A DNA stretch of 64,000 nucleotides. It comes from Thecamonas trahens ATCC 50062 (taxonomy: Eukaryota; Protista; Apusomonadida). The stretch's first letter is position 1. Every line of letters starts with the position of its first letter. The position numbers and the translations under genes were made by a program. A model generated the notes under the pieces. The model ran no database searches. It was given only the letters and a program-made list of their open reading frames with translations, and was not told the origin of the DNA. Positions 33,100 through 45,200 of the stretch are shown piece after piece. The stretch lies in the NCBI RefSeq assembly GCF_000142905.1, contig NW_013657659.1:398442-462441 (forward strand), read 5' to 3'.

Positions 33100-35094
33100 T
33101 CAAAAGAAAAGCTCACCATCCGAGTCGGCATCCGCGTCGGGTGGATCGCTGGGCGATGGTGCGGGGTTGGGGTTGGGGTTGGGGGTAGCGGGTGCGGGCG
33201 CGGGTGAGGCCGAGCCGGACGACGACCAGTCCGAGTCGGAGAGGGCATCTGCGGGCGCAGCGCGTCGGGTGCCATGCGGGTCCAGCTCGGGCCTAGACTT
33301 GGACTTGGACTTGGACTTGGACTTGAGGCTGAACTTGGACTTGGACTTGGACTTGGCCTTGGCCTTGGACTTGGACTTGGACTTGGCCTTGGCTTGAGAC
33401 TTGGACCTGGCCTTGGACTTGGACTTGGCCTTTGTCTTGGATGCTGATCTGCGTGACGGTGTTGCGCGCGAGGAGCGCGACTTGGACATGTCGGAGCGCG
33501 ACGAGCGGTGGTGATGGTGGCGAGATGAGCGCGAGCGGGAGTGGCGATGGGCCGACGACGAGGCCGAGGCAGATGCGGAATCCGGGGCAGATGCGGATGC
33601 CGAAGCGGATGGCGAGGCGTGGCCTGAGCCTTCGGCCGAAGCCGGGCCAGAGGCATGACCGGCGTGGTCAGCATTGTCGGCGTCTGCGTCGGCGGCAAGG
33701 TCGAGGCTCGACGCCGGGCGCGGCGAGGAGACCGGGGTGTGGTCCTCGGCAGCGTTGCCGGCAGTGCCTGCGTCCGAGTTGCACGACGAGAGGAGAGTGG
33801 CATCGGAGCCTGCCGGCGAGATGTGTGCGGCAGTGGCGTGAGCGATGCGGGCCTTGCGGGCCTCTTGCTTGGCAGAGAGGCGCGACTGGACGGAGAGCTC
33901 GGCGAGCTGCTCAAACATGGCCTCCTGCTTGACGCGGGCGAGGTCAAGCTCGACACGCGCGGTAGAGAGCTCGTTGGCGAGGCGGGCGTTGTTGGCCTGT
34001 GTGGCGGAGAGCTCTTCCTCGAGGGCAGCGGCCTTGGCCTCTGCGGCGGCGCGGGCGGTCTCGGAGGCGTCGAGGTCCTCGGTGACCTGCTTGGCGTAGG
34101 CCTCGAGTGACTCGAAGCGCGGATCCGGGCCGCGGCGCTTGACGTTGGAGACAAACTCGTACTTGCGCTGCAGCTCGGCGTAGGCTTCGTTCGAGCGGGC
34201 GAGCTTTTTCTTGAGCACATGCAGCGTCATCGACATGTTGCGCAGCTTGTTGGGCGAGACTGGGACGGTGGCCGGCCCGTGGTGCTCGTCAAGGAGCTGC
34301 TCGGGCGTCGGGGTGCCCGGCGCGTAGCTGACCGACTTGGAGTGGCTCGCCTTGGCAGGCGGAGCCGGGGCCGGGATCGACGCAGCCACCGCCTGCGCCT
34401 CCTGTAGCAGCGACTGTAGCTTGCTGACCAGGGCAGCGTGCGCGGCCGAGTCGGTGGCGGAGACCCGCGGCGAGCGGCCCGACGGGCGCGGCATGTCGTC
34501 GATCGACAGCAGGCCGGGCGGGGCACCCGAGCCCGTGCCGATGCTGCCTAGCGGCGAGCGCGGCGGGCCGGCGGAGCTTGCACTCTCCTCGCTCTCGCGG
34601 CGGGAGCGGGGGAGTTGACTCTCCGAGTTTGTCGAGGCCAGGCTCGCACCGGAGCGCGAGACCGCAACCGAAACCGAGCGCTGACGGCCGTTTGCAGCAC
34701 GCTCGTTGTGGGCAAGCTTGCGATGGGCAAGATTCCTCGGGTGGGCCTCCGAGTCGAGCTCGGGCACCGAGCCAGAGAGGTCGACGCGGACGAGCGGAGG
34801 CTCGCGGCTCGACGTCGAGCCTGTGCTGGCGTTAAAGCGGACGTTGTTTTCGGGAGGGGCGGGAGCAGTTTCAGCAGCAGGCTGCGGCATGGTTGCAACT
34901 GCCGGGTCGTACTCGTGGGCGTGGGCGTCGGCGTAGGCAGCCAGAGCTGCCAGGTCGGTGGCGTACGTTGAGGCCAGGTCCTCAAAGGCCACGTGAGGCT
35001 GCAACACCTCGCCCGAGCCAAAGGCAAAGCCAGGTGCGCCAATAAAGCCAGAGCCTGTTCTCGGGTCAAAGGGCTCAAAGGCACTGGTGCTCAT
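33100..35094 (-). CDS. Hypothetical coiled-coil protein with basic (SK/AK)n tail
   Basis: ORF from MSTSAFEP; central heptad region; C-terminal KSKSKAKAKSKS encoded by (GACTTG)n on the plus strand. Confidence 0.65.
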   Translation of the reverse strand: MSTSAFEPFDPRTGSGFIGAPGFAFGSGEVLQPHVAFEDLASTYATDLAALAAYADAHAHEYDPAVATMPQPAAETAPAPPENNVRFNASTGSTSSREPPLVRVDLSGSVPELDSEAHPRNLAHRKLAHNERAANGRQRSVSVAVSRSGASLASTNSESQLPRSRRESEESASSAGPPRSPLGSIGTGSGAPPGLLSIDDMPRPSGRSPRVSATDSAAHAALVSKLQSLLQEAQAVAASIPAPAPPAKASHSKSVSYAPGTPTPEQLLDEHHGPATVPVSPNKLRNMSMTLHVLKKKLARSNEAYAELQRKYEFVSNVKRRGPDPRFESLEAYAKQVTEDLDASETARAAAEAKAAALEEELSATQANNARLANELSTARVELDLARVKQEAMFEQLAELSVQSRLSAKQEARKARIAHATAAHISPAGSDATLLSSCNSDAGTAGNAAEDHTPVSSPRPASSLDLAADADADNADHAGHASGPASAEGSGHASPSASASASAPDSASASASSSAHRHSRSRSSRHHHHRSSRSDMSKSRSSRATPSRRSASKTKAKSKSKARSKSQAKAKSKSKSKAKAKSKSKSKFSLKSKSKSKSKSRPELDPHGTRRAAPADALSDSDWSSSGSASPAPAPATPNPNPNPAPSPSDPPDADADSDGELFF

Positions 35095-35274
35095 ACCAGG
35101 CGTGACCGTTGTTTGGGTGAGTATGAGCGAGAGAGGAGAGCGGTGGTTGGCGGTTGGCTGGCGGTGACTTTGTTGGGGGAGGAGGGGGGGGGTGGGGTGG
35201 TCATGATTCCATAAGAGTTTGTTGTTGGTGGGAATGGTGGGTGGCCCAGGCACATTCGTCTCGCTCTCGCCGGA

Positions 35275-36714
35275 ATGAAGTCGCAGCCGTTGGCCGGTCC
35301 ATTTGCTCCCGGCATGGGAATGGGTCCTGGCATGGGCATGGGTATGGGTATGGGTATGGGTGTTCCGCAGCGAGTGCCTGTCGGCCCAGCAATGGCTATG
35401 CCGCAGGGTAGAGCCATGCCTATGGCTGGCGGCCCGGTCGCCCACGGCCGTCCGTTGCCTCTCGGCCAAGCCGCCGCCGGCATGCCGCACCCGCATCTCG
35501 GCCCGCAGCAGGGCCACCCGGGCTTCGCCCCACACATGCCGCACGTTCCGCACCACCACCCGCAGTCGCCGGTCGGAAAGTACTACAACCATGGTCTGCA
35601 CGCCAGCGGACAGGCCGGCGGGCAGGCGGCGGCAGCGGCGGCGGCGGCGGGGCAGTCCAGTGTCGCGCCCGAGGCGTACGCCGTTCGTGCGGCGCTCAAG
35701 GCGTCGATTGCCGAGGCCGAGGCGCGCCAGCTGCGCAAGGCCAACTCGGTCCTTGTCCGGCAGCATGTGTCGTCCAAGCTGCATCGGCTGCCGCCGGCGC
35801 CGCGCGACTCGACTGGCGCCCGCGAGTACCGGCTGGAGGAGGCGCTGGTGACGGAGCGCGCCGAGTTTACCCGCATCCTCGCCGACCTGGAGCGCGAGCT
35901 GGAGGAGGTCAAGGCGGCGGCGGCTCGGTATGCCGGACAGGACGGCTCGGCGGCACTCATCAACCGCGTGGCCGAGCTCGAGGCCGCGCAGAGCCAGGCC
36001 GAACAGGCCATGGCCGTCCTCCGCCGCGAGCGCAACGTCGCACTGCAGCAGACCGATCTTTGGGCAACGTCGGCAAAGCGGCTGGGGTATGTGGCGCAGT
36101 CCGGCCGGCGGGCCAAGGACGCCGCGGCGGCGCTCGGCCCGGTCGTGCGTGGGCCAGCGTCAGCCGCTTCAGGCGCGCTCGCCCTCGAGAACGAGGCACT
36201 GCGGACCAAGCTTGCCCAGGCCCGCGCCGCCGCCGACGCCCGCGAGTACGAGGCTGCTAAGGAGCGCGAGGTCCGGGTCATGACCCACGGCCAGTACGCA
36301 GACCGCGACGTCGACATCCTCCGCATCAAGAACGCCAATCTCCTCCGCGACCTCAAGACTCTCGCCCACGAGAACCTCCGTACCAAGCGCCGCTACAAGC
36401 TCGCCAAGCGGACACTCGAAGAGACCGAGCGCGCCTTGATCGACGCCCAGGGCGACGACGTCACTCTCGCAGGCACCAACGCGTTTGGCGCACAAGGCTC
36501 GCAGCACTCGCTCGCCTCGACCGCCTTTGCCTCCCGTCGCCCGGCAGGCATTCCGGGCGTCGTCCCGGCCGTTGGCCCGGCCGCCGCGCCCTACACTCTT
36601 CCGGCTTCGCTCCCGCCGCAGGCTGCGCCCTACGGCCGTGGTCCCATTCATGGCCTCGCCGGTGGCCCCGCCCGTGGCCCGCGCACCAACATCCCCGGCG
36701 TTGTCCGCAAGTAG
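35275..36714 (+). CDS. Hypothetical coiled-coil protein with M/G/P-rich N-terminus
   Basis: 479-aa ORF with host codon bias and extended heptads. Confidence 0.65.
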   Translation: MKSQPLAGPFAPGMGMGPGMGMGMGMGMGVPQRVPVGPAMAMPQGRAMPMAGGPVAHGRPLPLGQAAAGMPHPHLGPQQGHPGFAPHMPHVPHHHPQSPVGKYYNHGLHASGQAGGQAAAAAAAAGQSSVAPEAYAVRAALKASIAEAEARQLRKANSVLVRQHVSSKLHRLPPAPRDSTGAREYRLEEALVTERAEFTRILADLERELEEVKAAAARYAGQDGSAALINRVAELEAAQSQAEQAMAVLRRERNVALQQTDLWATSAKRLGYVAQSGRRAKDAAAALGPVVRGPASAASGALALENEALRTKLAQARAAADAREYEAAKEREVRVMTHGQYADRDVDILRIKNANLLRDLKTLAHENLRTKRRYKLAKRTLEETERALIDAQGDDVTLAGTNAFGAQGSQHSLASTAFASRRPAGIPGVVPAVGPAAAPYTLPASLPPQAAPYGRGPIHGLAGGPARGPRTNIPGVVRK

Positions 36715-37299
36715 TTGCATCGCGCATGCAAGCGATCTTGAGTGAAAGACATGATCTGTGCAGCGAGGTGGATGGATGAGAGTGGGGACGGAGGTAAGTG
36801 GGACTGTGGGGTGGCGCGAGGTCCGGGTCGGAGTAGCAGTCCGAGCTGGGCTCTGCCTCGGTTCGAGCCACCTGACTCTGCTCTAGCGTACGAGCGTCGG
36901 GAAGCGACCGATCTGGCCGCCACTTCACGCCGGCGACTACACAGACTTATTTCTATCTCTCTAGCACTGTGAGCGCAACCATGATGGACACGTACCTGCT
37001 GGGGTGGTCGTTGTGGATTCTTGCCTCGTTCTGCTGCGTGGTGGCTGCACCCGTCCTCGCTGCCGTCGCAGACAACCGACGCCAGCGCTCTGGCCGCGCA
37101 CTCTGACAACCTTCACCTTGCATACTCTAGCGGTGGTGGCGGTGGTGGCTGTGGGGCCAGACATGTCGCCCTGCTGGCGACGCGGGGGCCCGGCGGCGAG
37201 GCGGGGCCAATGATTTGGGTCAGGTTGGGCCCAACCGCGCGCAGCGATTGGTGCTGCGGGCGAGGTAGATGTGTAAAGCGGCGCTGTGACAGGTGTGCT

Positions 37300-38389
37300 T
37301 TATGTGAGAGCGGCGGCGATGGTGTCGAGTGAAGCGACAAACTTGGGCAGCGAGTCGAGGTTGAGGAGGCGGAGATGGTTGAGGGCAGCGGCGGCGGCGG
37401 AGCCGATGGCCGGCGCGCAGTCGTCGAGCGGCTCGTCCATGGCGGCAGCGGCAGCAGCGTCATCGACAGCAGCGTACAGCGCCTTGCTCAGGTCTAGCAA
37501 GTCGTCCATCCACACGACCTGCCAGCCGCGGCCGTTGATGACGGCGTCCCACTCGGTCGGGCGGAGGGTGTCGAGCGACTCGGCATCGCGTGAGGCGAGG
37601 TACTTGACCGCCGACGCCGACGCCATCAGAAGCTGGTGCGCCGACGCGGCCGTGGCCGCCAGCGCTAAGAGCGCCGCAGCATGCGGATCGTCACTGGCCG
37701 CGCTCGACCCGGCGCCGTCGGGTCCGACGCCGGCGTCCTCGTTGAGCTCGTTGATGGCGTCGGTGAGGACAGCGGCCCAGCCGCGGATCCGACCAATCAC
37801 CGCCTTACCCGAGTCAACGGGTGTGGTAGCCAGCGCCTCGCAGGCACTTGTCAGCATGCCGACCTTGGTTGCCGGCACCGAGTCTGGATCGTTGGCCAGG
37901 GCGGTGAGGACCGCCACCGCCGCGCTGAGCACAGCATCCACGCGGGCAGCCACGCCGAGAGCCACCTCTCGACAGGCATGTGCGTCGGTGGTGGGAATCA
38001 GCGCGGCGATCTTTGACAGAGCCTCGCCGATGTGCCCCCGCAGTGAGGCCACCGCTTGGGCTTCCGAGTCGGCTGTGAGGCCGAGCACAACTGCCATCTC
38101 CTCGATCACCCCCGATGTAAGTCCACAACCAGTGATCTTCCTCTCCTCTCACTCGCACACTCCCACTACCTCACGTACACTCGATAAACTGCTTGCGAGC
38201 AGTGAGCGCAAGCGGCGAGACGTTTGCCAGCAACTCGCCAGCCTCTTCGACCGAGAGCGCTGGAGCCGAAGCGACGCTCGAGTCACCACCGGAAGCATAG
38301 GCAGCTGCAGCGACCCGTGTCCGCACCACATCAGCAAGCACCTCCCGAGCAAGTACACGGCGTTCGTCGTCCACAGCTGTCCCGCTCAT
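37300..38389 (-). CDS. All-helical protein resembling the GCIP/CCNDBP1 family; probable short intron near 38110-38178
   Basis: VGMLTSACEAL..P.D..KAV..LTDAINEL pattern; upstream MSGTAVDDERR exon ends near a GTACGT; junction not resolved. Confidence 0.45.
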
Positions 38390-38749
38390 GACTCTGTCTA
38401 TGTGTGTGCGTATGTGGTGTGTGTGTGGGGGGGGGTGTTGAGTGAGGTGTGGCCAGTCGAGTTGGCTGAGATGGGGGACGGGAAGGGAGAGAGGGGGGGA
38501 CATTCGCTCGCTGTGGGCTTCCCTGCCGCCTTGCGGGGAAGTACGGCCTGTATCGCCCGTCTTGACACGATGATGGGGGTGGTTTGTGGCTAAGTATGAT
38601 CGATGGTTGTAGTTGGAGTGATGGTGGGAGGAGGAGGAGGAGGCGGTGTCAGTCGTGGGTGCTGCTGATGCCGATGTCGATGGCCGTGCCAACGCCACTC
38701 CACTCGCTGGGAGACAAGGCGGAGGGGAGCGAAAGGAGCGAGGCGAGGC

Positions 38750-39145
38750 ATGCGTGTGCTGGGACTTGGGACGGACATTGTGAGCGTGGCGAGAGTGGCG
38801 GCGACGGTGGGGCGGACAGGCGGACGGTTTGTGCAGCGAGTGCTGACGAGCAACGAGCTGCAGGAGTACTCGGCGAGGCTGTCCGAGGTTGGCGAACACG
38901 GCGCGCATCAGTACCTCGCTGCCCAGTGGGCGGCCAAGGAGGCGGTCTACAAGGCACTGGGCGGCGAGTCGGTGGTGGTGTGGAGGGATGTCGAGGTCCT
39001 GCGGGCGCCATCGGGCGCGCCTACTGTCACCATCCCCGACGACGTTGTTACCGATCGCGGCATCGACTCTGTCCTCATCTCGCTCTCGCACGAGGAGAGC
39101 CACGCCGTGGCCACAGCCATTGTCCAGGGCCGCCGCACTGCGTGA
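38750..39145 (+). CDS. acpS: Holo-ACP synthase (AcpS-type 4'-phosphopantetheinyl transferase)
   Basis: GLGTDIV..R; YLAAQWAAKEAVYKALG; SGAP; ISLSHE; 131 aa. Confidence 0.92.
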   Translation: MRVLGLGTDIVSVARVAATVGRTGGRFVQRVLTSNELQEYSARLSEVGEHGAHQYLAAQWAAKEAVYKALGGESVVVWRDVEVLRAPSGAPTVTIPDDVVTDRGIDSVLISLSHEESHAVATAIVQGRRTA

Positions 39146-39243
39146 CAGCGTGCCATCGGGCGTCGCTGAGGTGGCTAGGCGGAGCAAGACTGGGCTTGTT
39201 CAGCTGAGATTGCACTGCTCCTCGGCCTCGGCTGATATTGGGC

Positions 39244-39551
39244 GCGTCTCGCCACCGACGTGACGAACGGGCTGGGTCCGACTCAGCTTTGTCCGACTCG
39301 TCCGGCCCGGCCCGGCCCGGCTCGTCCGGCCCGGCCCGGCTCGTCCGGCCCGGCCCGGCTCGTCCGGCACGGGCTCGGCTATTCCGGCCCGGCTCGTCCG
39401 GCCCGGCCGGGCTCGTCCGGCACGGGCTCTGCTATTATCGGGCTTTGTCCGACTCGTCCGGCCCGGCTCGACTCGTCCGGCCCGGCCTGGCCCGGGCCGA
39501 CTCGTCCGGCACGGGCTCGGCTATTATCTGCCGCGTCTTGCCACCGACGTG
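39244..39551. repeat. Nested GC-rich minisatellite (CTCGTCCGGCCCGG and CACGGGCTCGGCTATT units) bounded by 19-bp direct repeats
   Basis: GCGTCT(C/T)GCCACCGACGTG at about 39244 and 39533; about 8 CTCGTCCGGC cores between them. Confidence 0.85.
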
Positions 39552-39663
39552 GCGATCGGGCTGTGCTTGGCTGGGCCCGATTCAGCTGGGCTCAACTCGT
39601 CCGAACTCGGCCGGTCGAACTCGGCTCATCTCACTCGTCTCTGGCCGTCTGTTCAACGTATCC

Positions 39664-41322
39664 ATGACGACCCTCGACGACTACCGCGTGCTCGATGCCA
39701 ACCTCGGCAAGGGCTCCTTTGGCCAGGTGGCCCGCATTGAACGCAAGCGTGACGGCAAGGTACGTATACAATTTCCCCATCCCCATGCCCGTCGCTCTCC
39801 TTGTTGCCTCTCCCTATGGCCATGCCCTCCTTGGCTAGTGCGTTGCCGGAGCCTCGCCTGCGCGCGCGCAACATGAGCGAGCCAGGCACCGCCCGGGTGC
39901 AAGACAGCAGGCTCCCTCCCGACCACCAACCATACCACCAGCTACACCACTACCATGAACATCACTCTAGCTTGTCGCGATTTGTGTGGTATGTGGCGGT
40001 GTCGCGGTAGGCGGGCTGGTGAGGCGGGCGAGCGGGTGGGGTCGGGTTTAAGCGCCAACAAAATCTGCAAAATTTCAAACGGAATTTGCTTCGGGCACGG
40101 CAGCAGAGATAGTGGCCCATGACGTGGGAGAACTCACTCACGAGAGCGCGTGGGCTGGGCGGTGTACAATGGACAGACGCTTGTGTGGAAGGAGATGGAA
40201 TACGGGAAGATGTCCGAGAAGGAGAAGAAGCAGCTCGTGTCCGAGGTCAACATTCTGCGCGACCTCCGGCACCCGAACATTGTGCGGTATGTGGACCGGA
40301 TCATTGACAAGGACTCGTACAAGATCTACGTGATCATGGAGTTCTGCGAAGGCGGCGACCTGGCGCAGTTTATTGCCAAGTGCCGGCAGCAGCGGCGGTA
40401 CATCGAGGAGGATCTCATCTGGCGGGTGCTGACGCAGCTCCTGCTCGCGCTCCACGACTGCCACTCGCGGCAGATCCTGCACCGCGACATCAAGCCGGGC
40501 AACATTCTCCTCGACGCCAACAAGAACGTCAAGCTCGGCGACTTTGGGCTGGCGCGTGTCCTCGGTTCAAAGTCGCTCTTTGCGCACACGTACGTCGGCA
40601 CGCCGTTCTACATGTCGCCGGAGCAGGTCCGTGGTGTGGCGTACAACTCCAAGTCGGACGTGTGGTCGCTCGGGTGCCTCATCTACGAGATGGCGGCGCT
40701 CTCGCCGCCGTTTGTGGCCTCGACCCACACCAAGCTCATCGAGAAGATCAAGGAGGGCCGCTACCGCCGGCTGCCGTCGGTCTACTCGGAGGACCTGACC
40801 AAGGTTATTAAGGCCATGCTCGAGATGTCGACGACCCGCCGGGCCTCGGTCCGTTCGCTTATGGACTTTCCGCCCATCGCCCTTCGCCTCCGCGAGCGCA
40901 AGGTCTCGCAGCACTACGCAGCGGTGAAGAAGCGTGAGGAGGAGGCCGAGAGCCGCGCTGACGAGCTCACCGCGCTCAAACGCTCGCTCAAGGCGCGCGA
41001 GGCCAAGCTCGCCGAGCGCGAGCGTGTCGTCTCCTCGGTCTTTGCCACCCTCAAGGCCAAGCTCGAGGCCCTCGGCGAGCCCGTCCCGGCCCTCGAGTCG
41101 CTCTTCGCCGAGGCCCGTGCAGGCGCCTCCCGCGAGGCCACTCCCGAGCTCGAGGACGCGTTTACCATCTCGCATACCTCGCCGCCGACTTCGGCCGACC
41201 TCGCCACCGCCGCGCCCTCGTCGTCGTACCTGACCTCCGACGCTTCGCAGCTGCGCTACGGCGCCAAGCTCCGCTCGCGCGCCGTGCCCTCGACCACCGC
41301 TACCTATGGCATCCGCTCGTAG
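39664..41322 (+). CDS. NEK2: NIMA-related kinase, NEK2 type; intron 39760-40176
   Basis: LGKGSFGQV..DGK|TLVWKEMEYGKMSEKEKKQLVSEVNILRDLRHPNIV; HRDIKPGN; DFGLAR; GTPFYMSPE; C-terminal coiled coil. Confidence 0.92.
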
Positions 41323-41380
41323 TACCTTTCCTCCACTCTATCTCTCTGCTAGAGCCAATAACATCTAGCGTGTACCCTCT

Positions 41381-41785
41381 TCACCTCTTGCCGCCAGCAT
41401 GCTCGTCCCACGAGGCGATCTTGGCCAGCCAGTGGGCAGCGAAGTTGTCGTCGTCACATTCGGCGTCGCTGTCGGCGTCGCTGTCAGCGAAGCTGTCGTC
41501 GTCGCATTCGGCGAGCCACAGCTGATCTGCACCTTCCGCAAAGTCATCGCCACTGCTAGCATCATCACCAGCACCATCGTCATCACCAGCACACACACTG
41601 TCTCTCCTCCCAACCACCCGCCTGTGCCACGGGTGTAGCCGCGGGCCAGCACTCCGTCGTGCCTCACGGTCGAGTGCCCACAGCCGCCCGAGCCATCCGC
41701 CGAGCCGTAGCACCAGCACCACACCAAGCGCCACATAAACCGCATCCAGCACAGGGTCCATCCATGTTTCCAGCAGTATGTCCAT
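41381..41785 (-). CDS. Possible small single-pass membrane protein with acidic tail
   Basis: AVYVALGVVLVLRLGGWL hydrophobic segment then Asp-rich region; no family recognised. Confidence 0.3.
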   Translation of the reverse strand: MDILLETWMDPVLDAVYVALGVVLVLRLGGWLGRLWALDREARRSAGPRLHPWHRRVVGRRDSVCAGDDDGAGDDASSGDDFAEGADQLWLAECDDDSFADSDADSDAECDDDNFAAHWLAKIASWDEHAGGKR

Positions 41786-42008
41786 CGTCTGCCAGCAGCT
41801 CAGTGCCACCTAGCGTCGAGTGGCCGCGTCTTGGCCAACCCTGGCGAACACGGTCGCGATCGCGATCGCGAACCCGGTCTCGATCGCGGCCTCGATTTCG
41901 AGGCTCTTCCCCCCCCCCCCCCCCCTCCTCCCCTCCTCCCACTTCCTCCCTTCCTCCTCCTCCCCCCTCCCCCCCCTCTCCACCACCCTCCACCATCCAA
42001 CAACGTCC

Positions 42009-42039
<31 letters not shown>

Positions 42040-42221
42040 CCATCCTCACTTATCCACCCTCTCCGTCGTCCAACACCTGTACGATCAGGACACTCTGCCA
42101 CGCCCCCTGCTCGCACGACCTTTTTCGGTGCCATTCGCCAGAACACAGCGACAGCGACAGCGACGGCGAGTAGTGACGACGACGGCGACGGGCACACCTC
42201 ACGCACGACGACAGATACAGG

Positions 42222-45200
42222 ATGTCGGACGACTGGGATGACATTCTCAACGACTTTGCAGAGACGACGGACATGAGCTCGGTGACAGCTGCGTTGGAGG
42301 AAGGCGGCAAGACGGTGGCGGCCGAGGCCGAGGCTCTTGCTGCTGCCCAGGCACGCATTGCCGCCGCCACCGAGGAGGCCAAGAAGGCCCGCCCGCCTCC
42401 GCCATCCGGCCCGCCGCCATCCGGCCCGCGCCAGCCACCGCCTCCGGCCCATCGTCCGCCGGACGGCGGTGACGGTGGTGATACTGACGCGGTGGCTGCT
42501 GACGATGCCGACGCTGTCCGCGCCAAGCGGCTGGCCGAGGCCAAGGCTCGCCTCGCCAAGCAGGACGCCGAGCGGCGAAAGGCAGCACAGGCGGCGGTTG
42601 CTGAAAAGATCAAGGCCGAGGAGGCGGCCAAGCCCAAGCTCAATCTCGCAAGCAAGGGAGCGGTCAAGCAGAGCAAGATGCCCAAGGCCGAGTCACCAGC
42701 GGAGGCGGCTGATACGTCGGGAGATCCTGCTGCGCCTGAGCCTGCGCCGCTGCCGAGGGCGAGCCTGACCGGCGGGCCAGCTGGTGGCGACGCGTCGTTT
42801 GCGACGTCGACGGCCAATCCCGCGCCCAAGCTCACTCCTGCGCCGCTGGGGCTGGACGCGGCGGTGACGCCCGGGGGCTCGTCGGTGGCGCTCGATGGGG
42901 GCGACGGAGCGAGCAGCTCCACCGATCCGGAGCTGGCAGGCGTTGATCCGGCGCAGTACGCGCACGTGGTCGAGCTGAGCAGCGCATGGGACGCGCACAC
43001 CGCCGGCGGCTCGTTCAACTACCCACAGACGGTGGGCAACAACCCGCAGTTCTTCCTGACGGTGCCCGAGGAGAGCGGCGGCGTCGAGGTGGTGTTGGTC
43101 TTGACGCAGCTCGAGCGGCCGACGCCGCAGCAGAACCACTCGATGCAGATCCTAGTGACGCAGTCGGGCGGAAAGCGGATCTCGGGTGGCGTGTACCAGA
43201 ACGAGGTGGTGGCCAACTCGGGCGGATACGTCAACACGACGTCGGTCAAGCTCGCGGTGCGGCTTGAGGGTGCGGCGACGCCGTACACGGTCCTTGTCTC
43301 GACGTTTATGCCCGGCAATGAGGCACCGCTCAAGGTGACTCTGTGCACCGACGAGAGCGAAGTGAGCCTCGAGCCGGCGGCAACGGTGGCCGAGGCCGGC
43401 AAGTACGTCCACAAGCGGTCGCTCGACTCGGCGTGGCATGCCGACAACTCGGGCGGCTGCATGAACTATCCGACGATGAAGGACAACCCGCAGTTCTTCA
43501 TCACGACGCCCAAGCCCGGCCCGCCGTCGGCGCCCAAGCCGCCGGTGGCGGTCCACATCTCACTCACGCAGAACCTGCCTCCGGGCTCGGCCCTGCATCC
43601 GATCGGGTTTGTGGTGGCGTACCGCAACGGCTCGCGCATCACGTCGGCCCTCCGCAAGAGCGAGCACATTGGCTCGTCGGGCCAATTTGTCAACCTTGCG
43701 ACGGTTGATGCGAGCTTTGAGCTCGAGTGCCGACCGCGGCCGTACACGCTCGTGGTCTCGACGTTTGAACCCGGGTGCGAGGCGCCGTTCACGGTCAGTG
43801 TCGAGTCTGCCACGCCGCTCAAGGTGGTGCAGGCGGCGCCAGCGTCTGCGCCGCGGGTGGAGATCCACAACACCAACACCGAAGCCAAGATTGTGGAGCA
43901 CCACTCGGGCAAGTCGTTCCTCAAGCGGACGCTGCACCACCCGCCGAGCGAGCCGTCACCCGAGTTCCTCTCGGCCGAAGTGTCGTCGGCCGGGCGGGTG
44001 TACGTCGACCCGACGTTTGGCGAGCCGAGCTGGCGGCGGTTGGTCGAGCAGGAGGTCGACTCGCTGCCGGACGGACGGCTCCCGGCGTGCTGTCTCTTTG
44101 ATTCGATCGATCCGGACGACATTGTGCAGGGCGCGCTCGGAGACTGTTGGCTGCTCTCGGCCATTTCTGCCATTGCCGGCCGCGACGAAGCCGTGCTTGA
44201 CCTCTTTGTCAAGGACGAGACCTCGGACGCCGGGGTCTACGGCGTGTGGTTCTGGTCGGCGGCGGGCGGGTGGACTGAGGTTGTGGTCGACGACCGGGTC
44301 CCGTTCCTCGGCGAGCGACCGCTGTATGCGTGCTCGGATGAGAAGCACGAGATGTGGCCGTCGATTGTGGAGAAGGCGTACGCCAAGTTCCAGGGCTCGT
44401 ACGCAGCGCTCGACGGTGGGCTGTGCAACGACGCGTTTGTCAACCTCACCGGCGGCGTCGGCGAGTTTATCCAGTTCAAGAACGAGGTTGGCGCCGCCGA
44501 GGCCCTATGGGAGAAGCTCGTGCTGTACCACTCGGAGCGGTTTCTCCTTGCGTCAGGTTCGCACGGCAGCGACGATGCTGAGGAGAACGAGGACGGCATT
44601 GTCGACGGCCACGCGTACACGATCCTCGACGTGCGTGAGATCGATGGGTACCGCCTGCTCAACATCCGCAATCCACACGGGACGAATGAGTGGAGCGGCG
44701 ACTGGTCTGACCACGACACGCGACACTGGACGGCTGCGCGCCGCGAGGCGCTTGGGCACACCGCCGAGGACGACGGCGAGTTTTGGATTTCGATCAACGA
44801 CTTTATGGCCAACTACCGGGTCATGTACGTGTGCAAAGTGTTCCCGTCGGACGAGTGGACGGAGACGTCTGCGTCGGGCGTGTTTACTGGCGCCGAGCGC
44901 GGGCCGGCCGACTGCCCGCAGTACCTGCTGACGAACCCTAGCTCTGAGCCGATGCACGTGGTTATTTCTGTGCGGCAGGCCGAGGTCCGCCCGCGCAACG
45001 CCTCGCCGCTGTACATTGGGTTCGAGGTGGTTGATCATGGCGGGCGTCCTCTGCCGCACCTCTCGGCGACGTTGAACTTTGTGGTGCCGCCCTCGCAGTT
45101 TGTCAACTTTCTGGAGGTCTCGTGGGAGGGCGAGCTCCCGCCGTCGGAGACGCCTTACACGCTCATTGTGCGGACGTACCAGTACACCGGCGCCAACCGG

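Noticed and set aside
33163-33186. GGGGTT repeats as interstitial telomere
   Set aside because: Only about 3 units, and they encode NPNPNP within the minus-strand ORF.
39244-39551. MITE derived from the hAT element
   Set aside because: No CAGTGTTTG termini or GGTATTCA motifs, and no inverted ends found.
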